Positions 1 through 10,890 are shown, counted from the stretch's first letter. The stretch is DNA of 64,000 nt from Microcoleus sp. (GCA_052279835.1 CP181291.1:4512001-4576000), one strand, 5' to 3'. The notes: a model not told the origin generated them from the sequence alone. Program-made: numbers and translations.

Positions 1-800
1 AGAGCCTGGGAACAAGTGGAAAAAGGCTGTATACCTGGTTCCCAGGCTCTGCCTGGGAACTGATGTCGAGAGGCTCTGCCTCCCGTGGCCAAGGGTAACA
101 AATTGGAGGCAGAGCCTCCGGATCTGCGTTACCAGGCAGAGCCTGGGAACAAGTGGAAAAAGGCTGTATACCTGGTTCCCAGGCTCTGCCTGGGAACTGA
201 TGTCGAGAGGCTCTGCCTCCCGTGGCCAAGGGTAACAAATTGGAGGCAGAGCCTCCGGATCTGCGTTACCAGGCAGAGCCTGGGAACAAGTGGAAAAAGG
301 CTGTATACCTGGTTCCCAGGCTCTGCCTGGTAACTGATGTCGAGAGGCTCTGCCTCCCGTGGCCAAAGGTAACAAATTGGAGGCAGAGCCTCCGGATCTG
401 CGTTACCAGGCAGAGCCTGGGAACAAGTGGAAAAAGGCTGTATACCTGGTATACCTGGTTCCCAGGCTCTGCCTGGGAACTGATGTCGAGAGGCTCTGCC
501 TCCCGTGGCCAAGGGTAACAAATTGGAGGCAGAGCCTCCGGATCTGCGTTACCAGGCAGAGCCTGGGAACAAGTGGAAAAAGGCTGTATACCTGGTTCCT
601 AGGCTCTGCCTGGGAACTGATGTCGAGAGGCTCTGCCTCCCGTGGCCAAAGGTAACAAATTGGAGGCAGAGCCTCCGGATCTGCGTTACCAGGCAGAGCC
701 TGGGAACAAGTGGAAAAAGGCTGTATACCTGGTTCCTAGGCTCTGCCTGGGAACTGATGTCGAGAGGCTCTGCCTCCCGTGGCCAAGGGTAACAAGTGGA
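1..800. repeat. Tandem array of a 137-bp palindrome-rich REP/MITE-like unit (5 full copies + 1 truncated; array begins before the window)
   Basis: Units start at 1, 138, 275, 412 (146 bp, 9-bp duplication), 558, 695. Each holds four AGGCAGAGCCT cores in two inverted pairs. Confidence 0.95.
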
Positions 801-858
801 ATTGTTTCCTAATTATGACAAGATAGAAGGAAGTATAAAAATTAAGGAGTTTTGATTC

Positions 859-1593
859 TTGGTAACTATTAAATGTCGGGGTATTACCTTCTCTAATATT
901 CAAGCCATTATCTTTGACAAAGACGGCACTCTAGAGGATTCTCAAGAATTTTTGAGACATTTAGGGCTGAAGCGATCGCGCTTGGTAGATGCTCAAATTC
1001 CGGGCGTTGGAGAGCCATTGCAAATGGCTTTCGGCATCGAAGCTGGTAAAATCGACCCCACGGGATTGATGGCAGTGGGTAGCCGCAAGGAAAACGAAAT
1101 TGTAGCGGCGGGATATATTGCCGAAACTGGCAGAGGATGGATAGAATCATTAGCTATTGCCAAACGTGCTTTTGATGAAGCTGACGAAATGTTAAAAAAT
1201 AGTCCGCCTTCTCCCTTATTTGTGGGCAGTTTAGAAGTGTTGAAATCTCTGTCCGATGCGGGTTTGAAACTGGGAATTCTTTCGGCTGCTACGACTAAAG
1301 CCGTGAAAAACTTTGTGAAAAGTTCCGAATTAGGCGCATACATTCAGTTAGAAATGGGTGTGGATTCTGTGCATCTCAATAAACCCGATCCTAAATTATT
1401 TTTGTTAGCTTGTGAGAGACTGGGAGTAGAACCCGCAGCAACTTTGATGGTAGGAGATTCAGCGGGGGATATTCAGATGGGTAAAAATGCTGGTGCGGCG
1501 GGCTGTATTGGGATTTGTTGGGGGAAGGCAGAGGCTAGTCATTTGTCCCAGGCTGATGTCACCATCGCATCTTTGGATGAAATTACAATTTAG
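859..1593 (+). CDS. HAD-superfamily hydrolase (phosphoglycolate phosphatase-like)
   Basis: Motifs IIFDKDGTL, KPDP, MVGDSAGD; AAGGAG RBS upstream of TTG start. Confidence 0.85.
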   Translation: MVTIKCRGITFSNIQAIIFDKDGTLEDSQEFLRHLGLKRSRLVDAQIPGVGEPLQMAFGIEAGKIDPTGLMAVGSRKENEIVAAGYIAETGRGWIESLAIAKRAFDEADEMLKNSPPSPLFVGSLEVLKSLSDAGLKLGILSAATTKAVKNFVKSSELGAYIQLEMGVDSVHLNKPDPKLFLLACERLGVEPAATLMVGDSAGDIQMGKNAGAAGCIGICWGKAEASHLSQADVTIASLDEITI

Positions 1594-1720
1594 TTATTTG
1601 TTATTGGTTATTTGTTAGTTGTTATTGGTTGTTGGTTATATGCAATCCGCTAGCATAGTCCTGTATTCATCTCTCTTATCTCCCTCTGTGTCCTCTGTGT
1701 TCTCTGCGGTGAAATCATTC
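1594..1720. repeat. STRR heptamer run plus dispersed 'ctctgtgtcctctgtgttctctgcggt' repeat between convergent genes
   Basis: ttgttat/ttggtta repeats; related elements at ~8498-8540, 12430-12470, 50225-50262. Confidence 0.7.
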
Positions 1721-1751
1721 GTTTTTCTGCGTTTCCAGAGCTTATTTCCTT

Positions 1752-4700
1752 TTAAAATCTTAATTCATACTCCACAGTTGCTCGATTATCTCCTTGAAAA
1801 TCAGTGGAACCACGCAACAAAACTTGGTCACTCAAACGATAGCGCAAATTGAATTCTGTGGGCTGATTAGCAGACAACACCCGGATGATAGTAGCCGAAA
1901 GATTGCGGGTAATATCGCCTCCAATTTCCAATCCGACACCGAGGGAACCGGCACCAGCATTTGTGGAACCCGCACTAGCGGTGCGCCCTTCCCCGCTACC
2001 AATCCTAGTGGGAAATAGCCGGAATTCCGTTAATCCCGTGGCATTTGTAATCACAGATTGAATGTTGCCAAATAAGCCTGCACCTGCTAAATTGGCGATC
2101 GCCAGGGTACTATCTCCCCTACCTAAAGTTTGGATAAAACTGCCACCTAACAGTGCGACAATTTCTATTTGCGATCGATTCGGAGAACTTCTCAACTCCA
2201 AACTATCCGCCAACTGAGAAGCTTTTCCCCTTACCAAGGCTTGAACTCGTACACTGCGCACATTCCCAAACAGATTCGGTTCGTCTGCTATTTCCGATGC
2301 GACAGAATTTCCCGGAGTCCGAAATCTGGTTACTTCCTGTACCGAAGTTGCTAATCTCACATCCAGAGTCGGGTCTAATCCTTGGGATGGTATAAAAGTA
2401 GCAGTTTGGGGATATCCTCGATCGAGCCTAAACTGGGTTGTAAACAAATTCACCGCACCGTTTGTCAATCTAATTGTACCCTCCGGGCGCAGATCGTCTA
2501 GAGTACCGTTGACAGTCAAACCCCCAGTCGCCCCAAAACTCAATATGGGCGCGCTTTTAACTTGAATTCCACGCCCCAAGTTTAACTGCAAATCATTTAA
2601 ACGGACTTCAAAGGAAGGAGAAGAGGAAGTCGCTGTTGGAGTCGCAACCGCAGGAGAAGCCTCAATCGCAGCAGAAGGAGTTTCAGGCGAAGCAGCAGCA
2701 GAGACTAACTTTGTCGCACCACCTGCACTGGGTAAAAATACCTCGCCCTCATACAGTTCAATTTTGCCACTCAACTGCGGCCGCAAAGCCGTGCCGATCG
2801 CCTGCACCTGACCAACTACCTTGCCACGGTACAATCCTTTAAGGTCCAAACCCAACTTATCTAAATTTACAGCTAAGGGACTCGCCGCATCCACATCACC
2901 CTCAACAAAAGGTACTGACAGCGGAATCACACCTTGGGCGACAATTTCTCCCTGCTGTAACTGTCCCCGAATTCCCTCTACCCGAATGCGATCGCCCTCA
3001 AAGCGCACCGCCCCAGTCAGCCCTGTGAGCGGTTCTGGGAAGGCCCTGGCGCGGACGGTTGCATTTTCAAAATTTGCAATTCCTTGAGCTACAGGGCGTT
3101 CCAGGGTTCCTCCCACGCGAATTTGCACCTGTCCCTTGCCACTAACCCAAGTAAGTTGGGGAGTCAAGACATTAATAATCGCCAATCCTTCATTTTGCAA
3201 ATTTGCCCGCAAATCGATTTGATTGCTATCAGGTTTGACAGTGGCAAAAGGCAACTCAAAGGGTAAACTTCCCTGAACTTCAATCGGTTCGGTTTGAGTC
3301 ACCAAAGCGCTGCCCCCAAAATTCAGACGGGCGTTGCTGTAACTGAAACTGCCATCGGCTTTTTTAATTGGTTCTCTGTTGAGAGTACCGTCTTGCAAAC
3401 TCAATTCTCCGGCTAGTTGCGGATTGGCTAAAGTGCCGGCCAAGTTGGCGCGCAGATTCAAATTGCCCGTGACATCGACAAAGGGCAATTCCACCAGTTT
3501 TGCTAACTCTTCGACTGGTAAATTTTCCACCCGCAACTGGCCGGATTGAGCTTTTTGGCCTAGTTGTCCAGAAAAGCCGATCGCACTTTTGCCCGATCGA
3601 ATTTCCAGAGGTAAGATAGTTAGAATCCCGTCCTGGAAACCTCCCTCAATGCTGAATTGTTGGGCGACATATTTACCCCAGCGCCAGTTATCACCTTTGA
3701 CATTAAATTTAGCTTGAATTCCCGTTTGCAAAGAACCGGCTACGGCAATTTCTCCACCAAAAGTGCCTTGCAATTGATCCAAGGGAGGCAAGGGTTCCGA
3801 TGCTGTGACTGCTTGCTGCTGTTTGAGAATTTCTTCAATTTCTACCAAGCGCTGCAACTGTTCGATTAAAGGGGCTTCGGGGACTCCCACTGCTACGGTT
3901 TGGACATCGGCGGCCCTACCGTAAACGGGAGGTTTTAAACCTCTGGCGAAATCTCCTAAATTGAAATATTCCCCGGCGGCTAAAACTTGTTGGAGGTTTC
4001 CCTGTTGGATGTTAACTTTTCCGGCAAATTCTGGGTTAGCGCCTGCTTTGACATTGCCAGAAATTAAGTATTGACCGCTGCCTTGGCGGAAAACGCCGTT
4101 GGTGAGAGTGGCGCTACCGTTAGCATAGCTAAATTCTGCTTGGAAACTGTCACCTTTAATATAGCCGATCGCTGGTTGGGCGATCGCGATTTGTCCCGTT
4201 GCTTGCAAAGTCGCCGGATTCAGTGGCATTTTCCAACCGGGCACGTTGACTTGTCCCGAAACCGTACCAGTTATCGGCCCCAAACCAGAATCTTTACCTG
4301 GTGACAGATTCAAAGCTGCGAGGGGGAAATCGCTTAAATTGACTCGCAGAGTTTCGCCCTCAGTTTGGCCGCTAGCCACGGATTCCCCGCGTTTGACTAA
4401 GAAAGATGTCGGTAGGAAAGATGGATTTAAGGCGACTTCGATTTTGTCGCTGGCGCCGGCTAGACGCAAATCTACACTTTTGCCCGAACCTGCATTCACA
4501 GTGCCCGCCAGTAGGGGGTCAAAAGCTACCTGATTTACGACTAAATTTCGCACCGCCACATCGCCAACTAAGCTGAGGGCGCTGAGGGTACCGGTGAGGC
4601 GGCCGACAAAATCGACGTTGCCGCCCAAGGCTGAATTATTATTTGAAGACTTTTTGTCACCAATTGGTGTCAAAAATGCGAGTTGTTCTGTCGGTAAGGC

Positions 4701-7700
4701 TTCCAGGTTAAAGTTGGAGAGTTGGACATTCAAATCTAGATTAGAAATTGAAGGCAATCCTTTACCTGCAAGTTCGACGTTAACAATGCCGTTGGCTTTC
4801 AAACCGGGAGTTGTGGCGTTCTCAATTTCCACCCGTTTGCCATCCCAATTAAATATAGCCTCCAGAGGTTGTTTGAGAAATGGCAATTCGGAGATGCGAA
4901 AACTGCCACCAGCGCGCACATCCTGTAGGGGCGGTGCCCCCGTGCCCGCTGCGATCGGACCTGATAAATTTAGATTACCGTTAAATATTCCTCTGAGTAG
5001 GGGCAGATTTTGGGCTTGGGAGACTAAACCGGGGGATTGCAAGTTTTGGCGCTGGGCTTCCAAGGCTTTCTGGAAGCGACTTAGGGCAATTTGTCCGCCG
5101 TTAATTGAGGCCCGCCAATTCCCCGATTCGGCTTGGGCTTTGGCATTGACAGTACCTCCACCATTGGCAAGTCTAATTTGTCCTTCGCCAACGGCGGTGA
5201 TGCCGTTGGTGGTTAAATTATCTACTGTTCCCAAAAGGCGGACTTTGCCGTCGAGATTGCCATCAATTTCTGGTGGTAAATCTGCTGTGAGTAAACCGGT
5301 TTGTTTGAGGGTTTGCTGGAGATTGGCTAGGGCGATGTCGTTGGTTTCGAGGAATGCTTGCCAGTTGCCGTTTTCTAATTGGGCTGTAGTGTCGATCGCC
5401 CCAAGTCCATTGACCAAAATCCGCGTTTCTCCCCTAGCACTAATTCCCTTTGCTGTCAAGTTATCTAAACTGCCGGCGGCTTGGAGTTGGCCGTTAATTC
5501 TGCCGTCAAATCCTGTGGGCAAAGTTGCCGTTAGGGGAAACAGTTGGAGATTGCGGACTGTTTGTTCTAAACGACTGAGAATAGGGCGATCGAGATTAGC
5601 GACAGCTTGCCACCGTCCGGCTGCTAATTTGGCCTTAAAATCTACCGTACCATCAGCAATATTTAATTTGCCACTGCTGTTAGCTGCAATCTCAACTGCG
5701 CTTGATTTCTCCAGACTGCCACTGACTTTGATTTGATTGGATACTTGTCCGTCAATGGATTTGAGATTACCTATTTTGGATTTGAGGTTGTTGAGATTTG
5801 CCGTTTGCTGAGGGTCGGTGTTAAATGCTGAGGCTACATCTAACAAGGGCAACCCTAAATCTACCAAGTTGCGGATGGCAGTGCGATCGGTTTCCGCAAT
5901 TCCTTGCCAATTTCCCTCTACTAATTCTCCTTGAAAATTAACATTGCCTGAACCCAGATTCAGTTGGCCACGGCCTGCAACATTAATGCCCTTTGCCGTC
6001 AAATCGTCCAGATTACCTGTAGCTTTAAATTGACTTGATAGTTGTCCATTAATTGATTTGAGATTAGCTATTTTGGATTTGAGATTGTTGAGATTTGCCG
6101 TGGGCTGGTTGTCAGTATTCAAGGCTGAAGCTACATCTAACAGTGGCAATCCTAAATCTACTAAGCGACCGATCGCCACCCGTTCGGTTGCTGCAATTCC
6201 TTGCCAATTTCCCTCTACCAATTCTCCCTTGAAATTGAGATTACTCTCAGCAATATTGAGTTTACCACTACCTCTAACATTGATGCCTTTCGGGGTTAAA
6301 TTGTCAATATTTCCCCTAGCTTGAAATTCCCCTTCCAACTGTCCATCTAACGATTTTAGATTGGCAATTTTGGATTTGAGATTGTTGATATTATTGATAT
6401 TTTCGGGGTTTGAAGTGTTAGGAGTACCTAGGTTCAGGAACGGCAATCCAATATCGATTATTCGATTCAAAGCCACTTTTTTCGTATTACCAAAAGTTTG
6501 CCAACTGCCGGAGGCTAGTTCGCCATTAACATTCACAATACTGTCAGCTATATTTAATTGTCCTTTAGCTCTAGCATCGATCGCATTTAAACTAAAATTG
6601 TCGAGACTGCCTGCTGCTTCGGCAGTTCCGGTGAAGAAACTTGCTAATTCAGGAGGTAAGGAAAGTCCGGGTACAATTGGCTGTAAACTGTTGAGATTAA
6701 CTCGATCGCCTTTAATCAAAGCTTGCCATCGACGGCCGACGATGGCGGCATTCACATTCACAGTAGCCTCGCCAATTTTTATAACGGTATTTGGCAAATC
6801 CACCGCATTTCCGCCGGCGCGAACTTCGCCACTAGCCGGAAAGTTGCCCTGGGGTGCTTGCCATTGTACCCTAGCTTGAATGTTGTTTAAAGGGCCAAAA
6901 ATTTGAGTTTTAGCTGAGATGCTCCCAAGTTTAACTGTAGCAGGAATTGGCAGACTGTAAATTTGGGCGATCGCGTCGGCGGGCAAGTTTTCGGCTTGCA
7001 AATCGAACACCAAACCCGATGGTGAATTGTTATTTGCCAAGGCGATATCAATTTGACCTTTACCGCCAATCTTACCACCAACAGCAGGCTCCACCAGAAT
7101 ATCGCTCAACGTTAAAGCTAAGGATGAAAATGGGGGAACTGAAGAGAGAGAATTGGGAGTTGGGGCTGGGGCTGTTCTACCTCGTTCTAGTTTAAAGTTG
7201 GTGCTAATATTTTTGAATTGTAGGCGATCGACTATAGCTGGTTTGGTGGATGCGATCGCACCTACGATAACTGGCTGCGAAACAGTCCCACTCAATTTAG
7301 CATCTAGCTTGACTTCTCCCGCAGCCACCAAGGGCAATACTACTTTTTGACCTAATTCTTGTTCTAGGGTACTGATAATGTTTGCCACAGCCACTGGAGG
7401 CACATTGGCTGCCAGATCGAACTTAGATTGCTCCAGATTGAAATTAGCTCCCGTTGCCACTGTCCCTGCTACTTTTAGAGGGAGCGCACCGTAGTTAGCA
7501 GTCAGATTATCAACTATAATATTAGTCCCATTAAACCGCAATTGACCGCTACTATTTAAGATGGGTTGTCTCAGCGCTTTAATGGCTAAATCTACTCCTT
7601 GAAAATCTGAAGTTCCGGTAAGGCCTGATACTTTGTTGTCTCGCAATTGTACTGTCAAGTTACCATTGGCTAGACCTCTACCTAAATACACATCAGGAAT

Positions 7701-8438
7701 TCTCAGCAACTGGACTAGGTAAGATAAAGGCAATTTTTGACCTTGCATCTGTACGTTAGTCTGAGCTGTGTTCAACAAAGACTCAGCCTTAAGAATAAAG
7801 TTATCACTATTGGTAAAATTACCATTTAATTCATAAATAATTCGCTTATTTTGCTGCGAAAATTGAGCGCTACCTGTTTTAAGAATTACCGAAATGGGCA
7901 GAGGTTTTTTTAATCCCCTTGCTGGAGCGGGAGCCAAGACAGCACCGACATTTTCAACTCTAATTGCACCAATTTCGGTTTTAAATAAACTGGGAGATTT
8001 TGGCTTGTCGATAGTGGGAATATTAACCCAAACTCCTCGTTCGTCCTGTTCGATATAAGCGTTGGGTTTGACTAAGGTAATATCTAACTTGAGAGTGCGG
8101 TTTAACAACAGTTGCCAGAGTGAAAATTTCACTTCAACTGCTTCGGTAGAGGCATAATCGGGATCGGTAGCAGTTGCAGGTATGCTCGATCGACCAAATC
8201 GCAAACTTGTGGGAGAAAATCGCTCCAAACGTCCAATTTGCACCGGGCGTTTGACTAGCTTACTAACTTCAGTTTCCACCACAGGAGCTAACTTTTCGGG
8301 AATCCACCAAGCAGCAGCAGCGGCCGCCCCCACCAGGGCGACAATCCCCAATCCCGTACCGCTAAGCAGTAGAGGACGCCACCAGCGAACAGTGTGAGGG
8401 GGTGCTTGTGGATTTTTGTCATCGGGAGAGTTAGTCAT
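1752..8438 (-). CDS. tamB: Translocation/assembly module TamB (DUF490)-family protein with internal repeats
   Basis: ~2230 aa; N-terminal TM anchor, long Gly-rich beta-taco-like sequence, C-terminal DUF490-like region (LDPTLDVRL...VEYELRF). Start chosen at ATG 8438. Confidence 0.85.
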   Translation of the reverse strand: MTNSPDDKNPQAPPHTVRWWRPLLLSGTGLGIVALVGAAAAAAWWIPEKLAPVVETEVSKLVKRPVQIGRLERFSPTSLRFGRSSIPATATDPDYASTEAVEVKFSLWQLLLNRTLKLDITLVKPNAYIEQDERGVWVNIPTIDKPKSPSLFKTEIGAIRVENVGAVLAPAPARGLKKPLPISVILKTGSAQFSQQNKRIIYELNGNFTNSDNFILKAESLLNTAQTNVQMQGQKLPLSYLVQLLRIPDVYLGRGLANGNLTVQLRDNKVSGLTGTSDFQGVDLAIKALRQPILNSSGQLRFNGTNIIVDNLTANYGALPLKVAGTVATGANFNLEQSKFDLAANVPPVAVANIISTLEQELGQKVVLPLVAAGEVKLDAKLSGTVSQPVIVGAIASTKPAIVDRLQFKNISTNFKLERGRTAPAPTPNSLSSVPPFSSLALTLSDILVEPAVGGKIGGKGQIDIALANNNSPSGLVFDLQAENLPADAIAQIYSLPIPATVKLGSISAKTQIFGPLNNIQARVQWQAPQGNFPASGEVRAGGNAVDLPNTVIKIGEATVNVNAAIVGRRWQALIKGDRVNLNSLQPIVPGLSLPPELASFFTGTAEAAGSLDNFSLNAIDARAKGQLNIADSIVNVNGELASGSWQTFGNTKKVALNRIIDIGLPFLNLGTPNTSNPENINNINNLKSKIANLKSLDGQLEGEFQARGNIDNLTPKGINVRGSGKLNIAESNLNFKGELVEGNWQGIAATERVAIGRLVDLGLPLLDVASALNTDNQPTANLNNLKSKIANLKSINGQLSSQFKATGNLDDLTAKGINVAGRGQLNLGSGNVNFQGELVEGNWQGIAETDRTAIRNLVDLGLPLLDVASAFNTDPQQTANLNNLKSKIGNLKSIDGQVSNQIKVSGSLEKSSAVEIAANSSGKLNIADGTVDFKAKLAAGRWQAVANLDRPILSRLEQTVRNLQLFPLTATLPTGFDGRINGQLQAAGSLDNLTAKGISARGETRILVNGLGAIDTTAQLENGNWQAFLETNDIALANLQQTLKQTGLLTADLPPEIDGNLDGKVRLLGTVDNLTTNGITAVGEGQIRLANGGGTVNAKAQAESGNWRASINGGQIALSRFQKALEAQRQNLQSPGLVSQAQNLPLLRGIFNGNLNLSGPIAAGTGAPPLQDVRAGGSFRISELPFLKQPLEAIFNWDGKRVEIENATTPGLKANGIVNVELAGKGLPSISNLDLNVQLSNFNLEALPTEQLAFLTPIGDKKSSNNNSALGGNVDFVGRLTGTLSALSLVGDVAVRNLVVNQVAFDPLLAGTVNAGSGKSVDLRLAGASDKIEVALNPSFLPTSFLVKRGESVASGQTEGETLRVNLSDFPLAALNLSPGKDSGLGPITGTVSGQVNVPGWKMPLNPATLQATGQIAIAQPAIGYIKGDSFQAEFSYANGSATLTNGVFRQGSGQYLISGNVKAGANPEFAGKVNIQQGNLQQVLAAGEYFNLGDFARGLKPPVYGRAADVQTVAVGVPEAPLIEQLQRLVEIEEILKQQQAVTASEPLPPLDQLQGTFGGEIAVAGSLQTGIQAKFNVKGDNWRWGKYVAQQFSIEGGFQDGILTILPLEIRSGKSAIGFSGQLGQKAQSGQLRVENLPVEELAKLVELPFVDVTGNLNLRANLAGTLANPQLAGELSLQDGTLNREPIKKADGSFSYSNARLNFGGSALVTQTEPIEVQGSLPFELPFATVKPDSNQIDLRANLQNEGLAIINVLTPQLTWVSGKGQVQIRVGGTLERPVAQGIANFENATVRARAFPEPLTGLTGAVRFEGDRIRVEGIRGQLQQGEIVAQGVIPLSVPFVEGDVDAASPLAVNLDKLGLDLKGLYRGKVVGQVQAIGTALRPQLSGKIELYEGEVFLPSAGGATKLVSAAASPETPSAAIEASPAVATPTATSSSPSFEVRLNDLQLNLGRGIQVKSAPILSFGATGGLTVNGTLDDLRPEGTIRLTNGAVNLFTTQFRLDRGYPQTATFIPSQGLDPTLDVRLATSVQEVTRFRTPGNSVASEIADEPNLFGNVRSVRVQALVRGKASQLADSLELRSSPNRSQIEIVALLGGSFIQTLGRGDSTLAIANLAGAGLFGNIQSVITNATGLTEFRLFPTRIGSGEGRTASAGSTNAGAGSLGVGLEIGGDITRNLSATIIRVLSANQPTEFNLRYRLSDQVLLRGSTDFQGDNRATVEYELRF

Positions 8439-8831
8439 GGTTGTCTCTGAGAGAGATTCGGAGAATTCAGGAATTGATATCAATTCCGGTTGTATGGGAA
8501 TGATTTAACCGCGAAGGCGCGAAGTACGCGAAGCAAGAGAAGAGAGAGTTTAATACAGGACGATGAAGAGAGAATTTTATATGACACTCCCCGATGCTAA
8601 TGCTATCGCATACAGCGCTGGCTTTCAGCAGCCTAAAAGATATCCCTCTCATCAGCAAGTCAGTCGCCAACCATAGGGATGGTGGAAGCACTGCCCCATT
8701 CTGGGCCATATTCAACATTCTACAGTGCTACTTTCTCGCCGGGGGTAAGTCTCAGGTCAAAAATCAAAAATCAAAAATCGACCGATCGATCCTAAGATAA
8801 AAAAACGCTGGTTAGGAAAGTTTGTAAACTT

Positions 8832-9200
8832 ATGCGAGTGTTCGTCTTACTCTTCAATGCCCGCACTGAGAATGAAGGAATTCATACCATTCAACTCGGC
8901 GATCGCAATAAGGTTCTCATGTTTGAGTCAGAAGACGACGCCATCCGCTTTGGCGTGATGTTGGAAGCTCAAGATTTTCCCGAACCTACTGTCGAGGCGA
9001 TCGACGAGGAAGAAATTAAGGAGTTCTGCGATAGTGTCGATTATGACTGGGAACTGGTGCCGGCGGGGGCGCTGGAAATTCCGCCAGAAAACAATGTAGC
9101 ACAGACAGAGTGGAACTCAGATCCCCAACCCAAGTCTGATACTGATGTCTCCCAAAGCGAACTAGACTCTATTCGCCGCCGACTCGAAGGACTTTTGTAA
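8832..9200 (+). CDS. DUF3110-like conserved cyanobacterial protein
   Basis: MRVFVLLFNARTENEGIHT...LDSIRRRLEGLL; typical neighbour of murQ. Confidence 0.75.
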   Translation: MRVFVLLFNARTENEGIHTIQLGDRNKVLMFESEDDAIRFGVMLEAQDFPEPTVEAIDEEEIKEFCDSVDYDWELVPAGALEIPPENNVAQTEWNSDPQPKSDTDVSQSELDSIRRRLEGLL

Positions 9201-9219
9201 TATTCACACTTGAGACAAA

Positions 9220-10134
9220 ATGAAGAATTTGGAAGAAAGGGGGCATCTGCTGACGGAACAGGTGAATGCCAACAGTGAGAATTTAGATCGGCTCAGTTCG
9301 CTCGAATTGGTGGACTTGTTCAACCGGGAAGACGCTCAAACCTTAAAGGCGATTGCCCAAGCCCGCGAGCATTTAGCCCAAACGATTGACATCGCTGCTG
9401 AGTGTCTGCGTCAAGGAGGCCGCCTGTTTTACGTCGGTGCGGGTACTTCTGGGCGTTTGGGGGTACTGGACGCGGCCGAGTGTCCGCCCACCTTCTGCAC
9501 GCCACCAGAGCTGGTACAGGGGATTATTGCTGGGGGTGCCGGCGCTCTGGTGCGGAGTTCGGAGGATTTGGAGGATCGGGCCCAAGATGGGGCAGAGGCG
9601 ATCGCCCACCGTCAGATTACCAATCTAGATGTCGCGATCGGCATTACTGCTGGGGGGACTACGCCCTTTGTGGCTGGTGCTTTGCAGGCGGCCCGCCAGC
9701 GGGGAGCAAAGACTATTTTTATAGCCTGTGTACCTCTGGAACAAGTGAGTTTTGAGGCTGATGTGAATATTCGCTTGTTGGTTGGCCCGGAAGTCGTGGC
9801 TGGTTCGACGCGCTTAAAAGCGGGTACGGTGACAAAAATGGCTTTGAATATTATTTCAACTGGGGTAATGGTCAAGCTGGGTAAGGTTTATGGCAATCGG
9901 ATGGTTGATGTGGCCGTAACTAATCAGAAGTTACGCGATCGGGCTGTGCGGATGCTACAAGATTTGACTGATTTGAAGCGGGATGAAGCCAGTTTTTTGC
10001 TCGACAAAAGTGGTAAGTCTGTGAAGTTGGCTTTGATGATGCACTGGACTGGTTTGGAGAAGGAGGAGTGCGATCGCATTTTGGCAGAATTTCAAGGGGA
10101 TTTGCGATCGGCTGTGGCATCAATTAGTCAGTAG
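9220..10134 (+). CDS. murQ: N-acetylmuramic acid 6-phosphate etherase
   Basis: GAGTSGRLGVLDAAECPPTF, GPEVVAGSTRLKAGT, GKVYGNRMVDV. Confidence 0.95.
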   Translation: MKNLEERGHLLTEQVNANSENLDRLSSLELVDLFNREDAQTLKAIAQAREHLAQTIDIAAECLRQGGRLFYVGAGTSGRLGVLDAAECPPTFCTPPELVQGIIAGGAGALVRSSEDLEDRAQDGAEAIAHRQITNLDVAIGITAGGTTPFVAGALQAARQRGAKTIFIACVPLEQVSFEADVNIRLLVGPEVVAGSTRLKAGTVTKMALNIISTGVMVKLGKVYGNRMVDVAVTNQKLRDRAVRMLQDLTDLKRDEASFLLDKSGKSVKLALMMHWTGLEKEECDRILAEFQGDLRSAVASISQ

Positions 10135-10216
10135 TCAGTAGTCAGTAGTCATTAGTTATTAGTCAGTTGTTATTCCCCATTCCCCATTCCCAATTCCCAA
10201 TTCCCCATTCCCCATT
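10126..10216. repeat. STRR heptamer arrays (agtcagt; ttcccca/ttcccaa)
   Basis: Tandem 7-mers between convergent genes. Confidence 0.85.
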
Positions 10217-10746
10217 CAGTTGTCAACTGTCCTTTGCGATATCGATTTAAAAAATTGTGCAATCTCTTCAGTGGATCTGATGTGATAAACACTTTTGGTA
10301 CTTTGAGCGCGATCGACATATTCGCGATATTTGGGAGTCAAATACTTGTAACACAACCAAAGAACGCGGTAACTATTAAGGGAACTTTTCAAAATCGGAC
10401 TTTTTTCCGGCCAGCCTTCTGGCGGTTTAAAGCTACCTGAGATCATTCGTTTAGTCACCCACCAGAAATGCACGTATAGCGGTAGATCGACAAAAACTAG
10501 ACTATCGGCCTCATTGAGTCGTGGCCAGAGGGTTTCCATAGAACCAAACCCCTCAATAATCCATCGCTCCGTCGCCAAAATTCGATCGTGATTGCGCTTA
10601 AATTCTTCATAGGGAACTTCAGCGCCGCCCGATTGATATTGAATCTTATCCAAAATGTACAGTGGCAAACCAGTGATTTCTGATAATCTCTTGCTGAGAG
10701 TTGATTTACCGCCTCCAGTATTGCCAAACACGGCTACTTTTTGCAT
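10216..10746 (-). CDS. Adenylate-kinase-like P-loop protein (FlaR/topology modulation family)
   Basis: MQKVAVFGNTGGGKSTL Walker A, WIIEG. Confidence 0.8.
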   Translation of the reverse strand: MQKVAVFGNTGGGKSTLSKRLSEITGLPLYILDKIQYQSGGAEVPYEEFKRNHDRILATERWIIEGFGSMETLWPRLNEADSLVFVDLPLYVHFWWVTKRMISGSFKPPEGWPEKSPILKSSLNSYRVLWLCYKYLTPKYREYVDRAQSTKSVYHIRSTEEIAQFFKSISQRTVDN

Positions 10747-10890
10747 AAAAACTTCCGAAGTAAGTAGAAGGAAGAAGTCACCCCCCCCTGCCCCCCCCCA
10801 AGGGGGGAAATTCAGGAAGAAGGAAGAAGGCTCATAGAGCAAGCTTTTTAGCCACCTGTATCTTACGTTTAATTAAGTGGACTTACTTAT

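Noticed and set aside
85..792. Repeated 82-130 aa ORFs
   Set aside because: By-products of the tandem repeat; they shift frame with each unit and lack an RBS.
1..800. CRISPR array
   Set aside because: Inter-repeat segments are identical rather than unique spacers, and no cas genes are present in the window.
4594..6879. Long plus-strand ORFs (380 aa, 172 aa)
   Set aside because: Antisense shadows of the tamB-like gene.
10747..10842. N-terminal extension of the kinase ORF
   Set aside because: It runs through a C/G-run palindromic repeat; the family start is at MQKVAV.
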